A stretch of DNA of 32,000 nt from Cupriavidus necator (GTDB lineage: Bacteria > Pseudomonadota > Gammaproteobacteria > Burkholderiales > Burkholderiaceae): contig NZ_CP066020.1 of NCBI RefSeq assembly GCF_016127575.1, positions 300,001 through 332,000 on the forward strand, written 5' to 3'. Positions 7,469 to 15,585 of this stretch are shown one piece after another. Each line of letters begins with the position of its first letter. The first letter of the stretch is position 1. The notes under the pieces are model-generated. The model saw only the letters and a list, made by a program, of their open reading frames with translations, did no database searches and was not told where the DNA came from. The position numbers were made by a program, and so were the translations under genes.

Positions 7469-8190
7469 GCATCGCCACCGCATGCCGGCGCCAAGGCGCC
7501 GAACTGGCCTTCACCTATGCCGACGAACGTGTCGCGGCGCGCGTGCGCGAACTGGCGGCGGACTTCAGCAGCGAACTGGTCTTTCCCTGCGACGTTGCCA
7601 GCGATACGCAGATCGACGCGGCCCTGGCTTCGCTGCGCGCCCACTGGTCGCAGCTCGATGGCCTGGTCCATGCGATCGGCTACGCGCCGCGCGAGGCGTT
7701 GTCGGGCGGCTTCCTCGACGGGCTGTCGCGCGACAGCTTCCGCATCGCGCACGATATTTCCGCCTACAGCTTCCCCGCACTCGCCAGCGCCGCGCTGCCG
7801 ATGCTGGCACCACGCGCCGTCTTGCTGACACTGTCTTACCTGGGCGCGCAGCGTACGCTGCCGCACTACAACGTGATGGGGCTGGCCAAGGCCTCCCTCG
7901 AAGCCAGCGTACGGTACCTTGCCGCCGCACTGGGCGGGCGCGGCGTGCGTGTGAACGCCATCTCGGCGGGCCCACTGCGCACGCTGGCTGCCGCCGGCAT
8001 CCGCGATTTCGGCAAGATCCTGGAACACGTGGCAAACACTGCGGCATTGCGGCGCAATATCGACAGTGAAGAAGTTGGCAACGTGGCGGCGTTCCTGCTA
8101 TCGGATCTTGCCAGCGGCATGACGGGGCAGGTCAGCTATGTTGACGCCGGATACCGGTGCATGGCAGCCCCGCTCGACCTGGCAGATTAG
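7402..8190 (+). CDS. fabI: Enoyl-[acyl-carrier-protein] reductase (NADH) FabI
   Basis: Internal ATG at 7402 of ORF 7363..8190. The N-terminus is MGILSGKRILITGMLSNRSIAFGIA. The SDR catalytic Y-x6-K lies in HYNVMGLAKASLE, followed by VRVNAISAGPLRTLAA. Confidence 0.92.
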   Translation: MGILSGKRILITGMLSNRSIAFGIATACRRQGAELAFTYADERVAARVRELAADFSSELVFPCDVASDTQIDAALASLRAHWSQLDGLVHAIGYAPREALSGGFLDGLSRDSFRIAHDISAYSFPALASAALPMLAPRAVLLTLSYLGAQRTLPHYNVMGLAKASLEASVRYLAAALGGRGVRVNAISAGPLRTLAAAGIRDFGKILEHVANTAALRRNIDSEEVGNVAAFLLSDLASGMTGQVSYVDAGYRCMAAPLDLAD

Positions 8191-8197
8191 TCCCCAC

Positions 8198-8227
8198 GCA
8201 GCGCGACCACGTCCAGTGGCGCGCTGC
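8198..8227. terminator. Hairpin between convergent fabI and dnr
   Basis: GCAGCGCG-a-CCAC-gtcca-GTGG-CGCGCTGC has an 8-bp outer and a 4-bp inner stem. There is no U-tract. Confidence 0.35.
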
Positions 8228-8229
8228 AA

Positions 8230-8916
8230 TCACCTCTCGTTTGAGGCGGCAACCTGTCGCGCCAGTCCTTCCGCATCGAGCAGGAAGATCTTCCCTCGCT
8301 CCAGCTTCACCAGCTTTTGCGCCGAGAACCGGCTCATCACGCGCGACAGCGTCTCCGGCGTGACACCCAGCTTCGATGCGATCACACGCTGCGTGCAGGC
8401 CAGCCACGTGCGCCGGCCCGCCTGCGCCTGCTCATGCAGGAAACTTGCCACACGCTGCAAGGCATTCTGCAGGCTGACGGCCTCGATATCGCGCATCAGC
8501 GTATGCAGCCGTCCGGACAGGTTGCGCAGCAGCTGGGTGGACACTAGCGGATCGCGCTCGACCGCGCCCCATAGCGCAAGCTTGCTAACATGCAGCACCG
8601 TCGTGCGCGCCTGCGCCTGGCAATCCGCGACCTGCGGCGCATCGAGGAATAAGGCGTCCTCGCCGAAGATGGCGCCCGGCCCGAACACCTCGATGGCGCG
8701 CTCCAGCGTGCGCTCGCTGGCCGGCGCCGTCGGCAGGGCCAGCTTCACCAGGCCCTCGACGACGACATACAGGCCCTGGCAGGCCTCGCCGCGGCGAAAC
8801 AGGAACTCCCCTTTGCGCAGGTGCTGCGGCGTAGCGGCCTGGCGCAGGGCATCCAGGACTTCGGCATCGATGCCGCGAAACAACGGCATCCGCGCGAATG
8901 GGATCGGGTCAGCCAT
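8230..8916 (-). CDS. dnr: CRP/FNR-family regulator of the Dnr/NnrR type (no N-terminal Cys cluster)
   Basis: Internal ATG at 8916 (MADPIPFARMPLFRGIDAEVL) with GGAGG 7 nt upstream. It has a cNMP-binding-like fold and a C-terminal HTH (TQRVIASKLGVTPETLSRVMSRF). It lacks the FNR C-x2-C-x5-C motif. The start overlaps the upstream gene stop by 8 nt (ATGGCTGA). Confidence 0.85.
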   Translation of the reverse strand: MADPIPFARMPLFRGIDAEVLDALRQAATPQHLRKGEFLFRRGEACQGLYVVVEGLVKLALPTAPASERTLERAIEVFGPGAIFGEDALFLDAPQVADCQAQARTTVLHVSKLALWGAVERDPLVSTQLLRNLSGRLHTLMRDIEAVSLQNALQRVASFLHEQAQAGRRTWLACTQRVIASKLGVTPETLSRVMSRFSAQKLVKLERGKIFLLDAEGLARQVAASNER

Positions 8917-10246
8917 CACGGCCTCCTTCGACAGGCAATGTTGCGGGGCGCGGCACACGTGGCGGCAGCCCGCCCTGTGCACGCATCCGGCGCATGCAAC
9001 GCAGCGCCGTCAGCAGTTGCACGCCCAGCCAGAGATTGGCGGCGGCAAAAGCCAGCCCGCCGGCGGGTGCCAGCCACGCCGGCGCGACCGGCAGTGCCAG
9101 CAGCATGAGATAGGCAGCCAGCAGCAGCATCGCCTGCCGCCGCTGCCTGCCGGGGGCGATAATCGCCTGCATGGCAGGCACCCGGGCGCGAGGCGGCAGC
9201 AGCTTGCGCAGGTGTAGCCAGACCAGGAACGGCACGATCTTGCCGAGCATGGCCGTCACCGGCAGCACGCCGCCGCCGATCAGCGCGAGCGAGCCGATCC
9301 ACCAGGCCAGCGGTGCCCGACTATCCGGCACGAAGGGCATGGCTGCGGCAAGCAAGGCAGCGGCCAGCATGCTTGCGCACGCCACGGGCCACAACGGCCA
9401 GACCGGATCGTGCCTGCGCTTGGCCTTCAGCGTGCCGGCGAGTCCGAAGCCGGCCACGACCGCGGCGACCACCAGCCAGGGCAGCAGTGTCCATTGGGAG
9501 AGTGCCGTCGAGCGCGGCCAAGCCACCACTGCCACGGTGAATGCGAGCAGCGGCACCCAGTGCGCGAGCGGCAGCCATCGCTCCAGTCTGGCTGGCAGCC
9601 GCGACGTTTGCCAGAACATCGGCAGGACCGTAGTCGCCACGCCCGTCACCAGCGCCGCGAGCCAGCCGCCAAGACCCCACGCTATGTGCAGTGCAAGCAG
9701 CGGCGCGGGCGATGCCGGCCACAAGCCGCCGAACAACCCTGCCAGCACGCCACCGCACAAAGCGGTCAACAGCAGCGGCGCGCCGATCCACGCCAGCGTG
9801 CGTGTCGTGGCGTCGACCGCCGCCACGCGCCTGCCTGCGCCGAGAAGGAGCAAGCCCGCCAGCACCAGGAAGGGCGCACCCAGCAACGCGGCCCAGCGGA
9901 AAGCGGCCGCGCTGCCGCCAAGGAATCCCGCCGACAACGCCAGCGCGCTGCCGCCGCCAGACAGCGCGACCAGCGGCGCCATCCAGCCGGCACCGGGCAC
10001 CGTCACGCCGGCCACCACCGGCATCATCTGGAACAGCGCACCAAGCATGACCGGCAGCAGCATGCCGAGCGCCAGCACGTGCACCGCCGCCAGCGCGAGC
10101 GGTGCGAAGCGGTCCGGCAAGCCGTCCACCGACCCGAATGCCAGCAGCAGGCCCGCCGCCGCGCCCAGCCATGGCGCCGGCATCAGGCAGCCGAACACCA
10201 CGCCGGGCGGCGGCGCACGCTCGTAGTCCAGGTTGGCCGCTTTCAC
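8909..10246 (-). CDS. Polytopic (about 12 TM) inner-membrane protein of unknown function, possibly a distant NnrS-like protein
   Basis: 445 aa with a GTG start at 10246 and AAGGGA 8 nt upstream. About 12 hydrophobic segments are visible by eye. A motif recurs in three of them: HVLALGMLLPVMLGALFQMMP, HIAWGLGGWLAALVTGVATTVLP and LALIGGGVLPVTAMLGKIVP. It is wedged between the hemerythrin and dnr genes. Confidence 0.7.
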   Translation of the reverse strand: MKAANLDYERAPPPGVVFGCLMPAPWLGAAAGLLLAFGSVDGLPDRFAPLALAAVHVLALGMLLPVMLGALFQMMPVVAGVTVPGAGWMAPLVALSGGGSALALSAGFLGGSAAAFRWAALLGAPFLVLAGLLLLGAGRRVAAVDATTRTLAWIGAPLLLTALCGGVLAGLFGGLWPASPAPLLALHIAWGLGGWLAALVTGVATTVLPMFWQTSRLPARLERWLPLAHWVPLLAFTVAVVAWPRSTALSQWTLLPWLVVAAVVAGFGLAGTLKAKRRHDPVWPLWPVACASMLAAALLAAAMPFVPDSRAPLAWWIGSLALIGGGVLPVTAMLGKIVPFLVWLHLRKLLPPRARVPAMQAIIAPGRQRRQAMLLLAAYLMLLALPVAPAWLAPAGGLAFAAANLWLGVQLLTALRCMRRMRAQGGLPPRVPRPATLPVEGGRDG

Positions 10247-10289
10247 GTCGGTGATCCCTTTGCTGGCCTGTTGCGATCACGGCATGCGG

Positions 10290-10715
10290 TCAGGCGATGC
10301 CGGCCAGCACCGCGTCCAGATCCGGTACCTGTGCGCGGCACATGGGAAAGAGCACGTTCTCTTCCTTCACGTTGTGCTGCTGCAGCAATACCACCAGCGT
10401 GTCGATCTCGGCGGCCAGCGCATTACCGTCGCGCAGTTCCAGCCATTCGCGCGCATTGTCCAGCAGGACCCTCACCTCTTCATGTTCGTGGCGCATGACC
10501 GAGGTCGGGCCACCGGCAAAGCCGATGGCCCGCTCGAACGCGGGAAACAGCCGGGATTCCTCCGCCTCGAAGTTGCCCGACAGCTCCGCCTCCAGCCGCG
10601 CAAGGGCGCCTGCAATGAGATCCCAGTCGCCGCCGCGCAGGGCGGTCTCCAGCTGCCCGAGCGCGTCATCGCACCCGCGATGCTGCTGCACCAGTGTTTC
10701 GATTCCAGTGGACAT
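10290..10715 (-). CDS. Hemerythrin (HHE cation-binding) domain protein
   Basis: 141 aa. It is a four-helix-type repeat with His/Glu ligand motifs: QQHRGCDDAL, NFEAEESRLFP, VMRHEHEEV and LLQQHNVKEENVLFP. Confidence 0.85.
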   Translation of the reverse strand: MSTGIETLVQQHRGCDDALGQLETALRGGDWDLIAGALARLEAELSGNFEAEESRLFPAFERAIGFAGGPTSVMRHEHEEVRVLLDNAREWLELRDGNALAAEIDTLVVLLQQHNVKEENVLFPMCRAQVPDLDAVLAGIA

Positions 10716-10770
10716 AGTGATTCTCCGGTTCGGTTCGAATGCATGCTAGGTCGCGGCCTGCGCCCTGGCT

Positions 10771-10784
10771 TTGATCCTGAATAA
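10771..10784. promoter_or_regulatory. Candidate Dnr/FNR box TTGATcctgAATAA upstream of the hemerythrin-membrane-dnr operon
   Basis: Read directly. The left half is perfect and the right half matches 3 of 5. The centre is about 62 bp upstream of the hemerythrin ATG (10715), as expected for a -41.5 class II site with a roughly 20-nt leader. Confidence 0.45.
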
Positions 10785-10970
10785 GTTCCCCCGGGAAAAG
10801 ACGGAAAGACCCGGCACTCAGTAGGGAAACTGGAAGCGCCCGGCACAAAGGCTTTGGCCGACCATATGTCACATCGTGACCTATTTTTTCGGCACGGCTG
10901 CCGCTGGCGCCCGAGACGCATCGAAATGAGGTTTTCAGCGCACTTTCCCGTGCGCGCCGATTGGCCGTTC

Positions 10971-10984
10971 TTGATCTGGCTCAT
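10971..10984. promoter_or_regulatory. Weak FNR-like box TTGATctggCTCAT upstream of narX
   Basis: Read directly. The right half matches 3 of 5. It lies about 100 bp upstream of the narX ATG (11080). Confidence 0.25.
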
Positions 10985-11079
10985 GTATCGCCCCCCGCCA
11001 TGCGCCCACAATTCAGACACTGGCTTCGCGCGCGAAGCCAGTGCTTCATCGTCTTCATTGCCACCCCGATCCTCGCCTC

Positions 11080-13116
11080 ATGTCCAAGACCACGCCAGAT
11101 CCTACTTCCGACGAGGTGCACGAAAGCATGCCCGACTCCGGCGCCGATCTCGCCACGCTGCCCGCATTGCGGCACCGGCTTTCGACACGCATCATTTCGC
11201 TGTCGCTTGCATCGCTGTTGGTCGTCCTGGCCATGATCGCCGGCACGCTGTGGCTGTCGTGGAAGCTCGAAGGCGCCGGCGCGGCGATCAACGATGCCGG
11301 CAGCCTGCGCATGCGCGCCAACCGCGTTGCCATCGAGCTCACACTATCGCAGGCCGGCAAGCCCAATGCGCTGGACGACCAGATCGCCGCGCTCGACAAC
11401 ACGCTCGCCCAGCTGCGCAAGGGCAACCCCGCCCGGCCACTGTTTCTGCCGGACGAGCCGGCCATTCACGCACAGCTCGACCGCGTGGTGGACGGCTGGC
11501 AGCACCGGCTCAAGCCCTTGGCGCGGGCCGGCGGGCTAATGGCCGGCCAGGCCACGACTGCCTACATCGACGCCCTGCCCAGCTTCGTCACGCAGGCCGA
11601 CCGCTTGGTCGGCATGATCGAGCACGTCAGCGCCAGCAAGACCGATTTGCTGCGCGTGTCGCAGGCCGGCCTGGCGGCCATGGCCTGCGTGGGCACGGTG
11701 GCAGTGATCTACCTGCTTTACCTGTGGATCATCCTGCCGGTGCTGCGGCTGCAGGACGGTCTGAGGCGCATGGCGGCGCGCGAGTTCTCGCTGCGCCTGC
11801 CCGTGGAGACCCGCGACGAGTTCGGCACTCTGAATGAAGGCTTCAACCGCATGGCCAGCGAGCTGCAGGATCTCTACCGGGACCTGGAAGCACGCGTGGC
11901 GCAGAAGACCGCCGAACTGGCGCACCAGAACCGCGACCTGGAAACGCTGTACGAGATGGCCGCGTTCCTCAATCAGGCGACCGATGCCGAAGCCATGTGC
12001 AACGGTTTCCTGCAGCGCGTAATGCGGCAGTTCGATGCGGACGGCGGCAGCGTGCGTGCCTTTGACGATGTCCGCGGCAAGTTGCCGCTGATGACGTCGA
12101 TCGGCTTGCCAGCGGCACTGTCCGGTGCCGCGCAATGCGTGTCGGTCAAGGCGTGCCACTGCGGCGACGCGACCACGCAGTCCGTGATCGCCATCCAGGA
12201 CCTGCGCCATGCGCCGGCCCGCGCCGCCGGCCCGGTCAGCCCCTCGCCCTGCACGCGCAATGGCTTCCAGGCGCTGGCCGCATTCCGCATCGGGAGCCTG
12301 CGCGGCGCAACCGGCGTCTTCGCCCTGCATTTCCGCGAGCCGCGCGAGCTGCCGCCTTCGGACCGCCAGTTGCTGGAAACCCTCGGCCGGCACCTCGGCA
12401 CCGCGCTGGAACAGCTACGTCTGTCCGACTCCGCCCGCCAGCTGGCCGTGGTGGAGGAGCGCAACCTGGTCGCACAGGGGCTGCACGACAGCATCGCGCA
12501 AGGTCTGAACTTCCTCAACCTGCAGGTGCAGTTGCTTGCCGATGCTGTGGGCCGCGACGACCTTCCCGAAGCGCGCGAGATCGTGCCGATGCTGCGCCAC
12601 GGCGTGGAAGAGAGCTACCAGGACGTGCGCGAGCTGCTGAACAACTTCCGCTCGCGGCTGACGCCGGGCGAGTTGCGTCCGGCCGTGGAAGCGACCGTGG
12701 AACGCTTCCGCCGCCAATGCCGCACCGAGGCCACGCTGATCGTTGACGATGGCGGCGACGTCCTGCCACTGCATCCGGAGCAGCAGCTGCAGGTGCTGTT
12801 CATCCTGCAGGAGGCGCTTTCCAATGTACGCAAACACGCGCTGGCGGCTCACGTCACCGTGCGGCTCAGCCACGGCCGCGATTTCCGGCTGGTGGTACAC
12901 GACGACGGCGAAGGCTTCGACCCTGCCGACCTCGCGCAACGCAGCGACGCCCACATCGGCCTGAACATCATGCGCGAACGCGCCGCGCGCCTGAACGCCC
13001 GGCTGCAGATCGACAGCCAGCCGGGGGCAGGCGTGCGCATCGCACTGCTGTTGCCGCGCGGCGAACAACAACCCGACGCCATGGCTGCCAGCCAACTCCA
13101 AAATACCTTCCCATGA
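11080..13116 (+). CDS. narX: Nitrate/nitrite sensor histidine kinase NarX
   Basis: ATG at 11080 (MSKTTPDP) inside ORF 11041..13116. It has two TM segments around a periplasmic domain with a P-box-like INDAGSLRMRANRVAIEL, then a HAMP domain and a Cys-containing GAF-like central module. A HisKA_3 H-box (GLHDSIAQGLNFL) and a HATPase domain (ALSNVRKHA, DDGEGF, GLNIMRERA) follow. Confidence 0.92.
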   Translation: MSKTTPDPTSDEVHESMPDSGADLATLPALRHRLSTRIISLSLASLLVVLAMIAGTLWLSWKLEGAGAAINDAGSLRMRANRVAIELTLSQAGKPNALDDQIAALDNTLAQLRKGNPARPLFLPDEPAIHAQLDRVVDGWQHRLKPLARAGGLMAGQATTAYIDALPSFVTQADRLVGMIEHVSASKTDLLRVSQAGLAAMACVGTVAVIYLLYLWIILPVLRLQDGLRRMAAREFSLRLPVETRDEFGTLNEGFNRMASELQDLYRDLEARVAQKTAELAHQNRDLETLYEMAAFLNQATDAEAMCNGFLQRVMRQFDADGGSVRAFDDVRGKLPLMTSIGLPAALSGAAQCVSVKACHCGDATTQSVIAIQDLRHAPARAAGPVSPSPCTRNGFQALAAFRIGSLRGATGVFALHFREPRELPPSDRQLLETLGRHLGTALEQLRLSDSARQLAVVEERNLVAQGLHDSIAQGLNFLNLQVQLLADAVGRDDLPEAREIVPMLRHGVEESYQDVRELLNNFRSRLTPGELRPAVEATVERFRRQCRTEATLIVDDGGDVLPLHPEQQLQVLFILQEALSNVRKHALAAHVTVRLSHGRDFRLVVHDDGEGFDPADLAQRSDAHIGLNIMRERAARLNARLQIDSQPGAGVRIALLLPRGEQQPDAMAASQLQNTFP

Positions 13117-13775
13117 CCATCTGCATCCTGCTGATCGATGACCACACGCTGTTTCGCTCCGGCATCCGGGCCCTGCTGCAGCGGCAGGCCGATTTCGAAA
13201 TCGTCGACGAGGCCGCCGACGGCGTGGAGGACATCAAGCGCGCCAAGCAGCGCCGGCCCGATGTCATCCTGCTGGACCTGAACATGCCCGGCCTGTCCGG
13301 GCTGGAAGCGCTCCAGCTGCTGGTGGAAGATCTTCCCGATAGCGCAGTGATCGTGCTGACCGTGTCCGAAGAGGCCGAGGAGCTTGCCATCGCACTGCGC
13401 AGCGGCGCGCGCGGCTACCTGCTTAAGAACATCGAGACCGAGGCCCTGACCAGCGCCATCCGCCGTGCTGCGGCCGGTGAACCCGTGATCTCCGAAAGCA
13501 TGACCGCCAAGCTCGTCGCGCAGTTCCGCGCCCCCGCGCCCGCCGCTGTCGCTGTTCCTCAGCAGGTCGACACGGCGCGGCTCACGGTACGCGAGCGCGA
13601 GATCGTTCAGGAACTGGCCCGCGGCGAGAGCAACAAGGAAATCGCGCGCACCCTGGGCGTGGCTGCGAGCACCGTGAAGATCCACGTGCAGAACATCCTG
13701 AAGAAGCTTAACCTCGCCAGCCGCGTGCAGGTCGCCGTCTACGCAGTCGAGCACCGCCTGACCGAAACTGGCTGA
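13113..13775 (+). CDS. narL: Nitrate/nitrite response regulator NarL (REC + LuxR-type HTH)
   Basis: 220 aa. Motifs are ILLIDDH, ILLDLNMPG, LLK and a C-terminal LTVREREIVQELARGESNKEIARTLGVAASTVKIHVQNILKKL. The ATGA start/stop overlaps with narX. Confidence 0.95.
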   Translation: MTICILLIDDHTLFRSGIRALLQRQADFEIVDEAADGVEDIKRAKQRRPDVILLDLNMPGLSGLEALQLLVEDLPDSAVIVLTVSEEAEELAIALRSGARGYLLKNIETEALTSAIRRAAAGEPVISESMTAKLVAQFRAPAPAAVAVPQQVDTARLTVREREIVQELARGESNKEIARTLGVAASTVKIHVQNILKKLNLASRVQVAVYAVEHRLTETG

Positions 13776-13985
13776 ACCGTCCGGCGCCATTGCGCGCCGC
13801 CCCGCCGCGCGGCGTCCTCATCCTGTTCCTGGACCAGGATCAGTCCACCTTCGGCGCGTCTTCCCATCCGCCTGGCCTCAATTGGAAGCAAGTAGCGCGC
13901 CCCTGTGACAGTTTGGAGACAGCTTCATCAACACGTCAGCGGGCTACCCGCGTCAGCATCAGGAATGGGGTCTTAAGCTTGCATC

Positions 13986-14050
13986 GTCCCCGCGAAGGCG
14001 CGGGCCCAACCAACTCAAAGACACTGGATGCCTGCCTTCGTGGGCAAGAC
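13986..14050. repeat. Pair of inverted REP-like GC-rich palindromic units in the narL/nnrS convergent spacer
   Basis: Unit 1 is gtcCCCGCGaaggCGCGGGccc. Unit 2, in the opposite orientation and more degenerate, is ggatgccTGCCttcgtGGCAagacc. They resemble the cgcgaaggcgg-type extragenic palindromes I recall from Burkholderiales, which I have not verified. Confidence 0.3.
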
Positions 14051-14140
14051 CATGGTGCAACGCCAACTGAACGGCACTTCCGAGGGGCTGTTGACGGTCT
14101 CGGCGACCTGCCAACTTTGGCCCCTTGAACTTCCACGCGG

Positions 14141-15361
14141 TCAACCCGGCTTGCCATCCACCCGCGGCCGCATCAGCCGCGGCGCATACGTCAGCGCATA
14201 GAGCCCGAACCCGGCCACCCAGCACAGGGCCGCGCCGTAGAGCCAGTGCCGGTATCCGGCCGGCCACAGCAGTGGCCCGAGCACGCGCAGTAGCGCGGCG
14301 GCAGCCACCAGCCAGTACGCGATGGTCTCGGCGCGGCCGGCCACCAGCATGCGGCCGGTATGACCCAGCGCCGTGCGCGTGATCATGGCGATGATGGCGC
14401 CGCCCAGCACGCCCACAGTAAAGGCATGCGTGGCGATGCCGGGCATCCATAGTCCGAGCACCGCTCCGGCCTGCAGCACGAATGCCAGAGGCAGCCACGC
14501 ATAGGCCAGGTGCAGCACCCACAGCAGCGGCCGGTTGCCCACCGCATGGCCGCGCCAGCCCCACACGCGAATTCCCAGCACGAACGCCGCCAATAGTGAC
14601 AGCACGGCGCCTAGCCAGCCGGGCAAAGGAAGCAGCCCGGCCGCCAGTCCCAGCACACCCGCCGGCACCACTGCGCGGTCGACGTTGCGGTACTGCCGCA
14701 GGCGGAAACCGGGAATCGCGTTGGTCGTGAACATCGGAATCACCCGCCCGCCAATCACGATCACGAACAGGGAGATGAGCGCCACGCCGGCCTGGCAAGC
14801 GCGCAGCGCGCCATCGGTCTGCCCTTGCGATTGCAGCCAGAGGCTGACGATGTTCGCGGCTGCCAGCAGCCATAGTGCCAGCGCCAGCGGATAGTTACGC
14901 CGGCTGCCGCCTTTCACCAGCGCGCGCGTGAAGGCCAGCGCGGCCAGCGGCAGGAACGCACCGTCGATCACCAGCGCCGCCTCGCCCGACGCGGTCCACA
15001 TCGCGATACGCCCCGCCAGCCACAGCAGGAACAGGCAGGCCAGCAGCGGCCCGGTCGGTGTCGGCTGGCCGGTCCATGCACGCCCAGCGGTGAACAGAAA
15101 GCCAATCACGATGGCCACCGCAAAGCCAAACACCATCTCATGCGCATGCCACAGCATCGGCGGCAGCGATGCCGAGGATCCCACGCTGGTGATGCCCGCC
15201 AGCATCGCGGCCCAAAGCGCAATGGCAACGGCGCTGAATATTGCGCCGCCCAGGTAGAAGGGCCGGAAACCCAGCGCGAAGAGGGCAAAGCCGCGCGGTG
15301 GCGGCCCGGCCTCCGGCGATTTGCGTGGACCGCGCGCGGGCAGGATGGGAATGGTTTCCAT
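14141..15361 (-). CDS. nnrS: NnrS-family haem/copper membrane protein (NO-stress associated)
   Basis: ATG at 15361 (METIPILPARG) inside ORF 14141..15430. NnrS signatures are FALFALGFRPFYLGGA, WHAHEMVFGF, GFLFTAGRAWTG and THAFTVGVLGG..TRTALGHTGR. Confidence 0.9.
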   Translation of the reverse strand: METIPILPARGPRKSPEAGPPPRGFALFALGFRPFYLGGAIFSAVAIALWAAMLAGITSVGSSASLPPMLWHAHEMVFGFAVAIVIGFLFTAGRAWTGQPTPTGPLLACLFLLWLAGRIAMWTASGEAALVIDGAFLPLAALAFTRALVKGGSRRNYPLALALWLLAAANIVSLWLQSQGQTDGALRACQAGVALISLFVIVIGGRVIPMFTTNAIPGFRLRQYRNVDRAVVPAGVLGLAAGLLPLPGWLGAVLSLLAAFVLGIRVWGWRGHAVGNRPLLWVLHLAYAWLPLAFVLQAGAVLGLWMPGIATHAFTVGVLGGAIIAMITRTALGHTGRMLVAGRAETIAYWLVAAAALLRVLGPLLWPAGYRHWLYGAALCWVAGFGLYALTYAPRLMRPRVDGKPG

Positions 15362-15382
15362 AGTGGGAGTAACTCCCCTTCG

Positions 15383-15396
15383 TTGATCCCGGACAA
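15383..15396. promoter_or_regulatory. Candidate FNR/Dnr box TTGATcccgGACAA in the nnrS / narK1 divergent region
   Basis: Read directly. The right half matches 3 of 5. It lies only about 28 bp from the nnrS ATG but about 195 bp from the narK1 start, so it would more plausibly serve narK1 unless the nnrS start is misplaced. Confidence 0.3.
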
Positions 15397-15585
15397 AGGT
15401 CCGGTCTGGACACAGGCTGGCTGCGAGCACGATAGCACCGCCTGCCGCCTGGTGTCCTCCCCCGATGGAACTACCTCCACCGGCAGGTTCTTCCCCGCCC
15501 CTGGCTGTGCTCCCGGCGAATGTTCAAGCGATGTGGCGGCCCCTACGCTGGCAGCACCCGTCAAAGTTGACACAGGAGCATGGCC

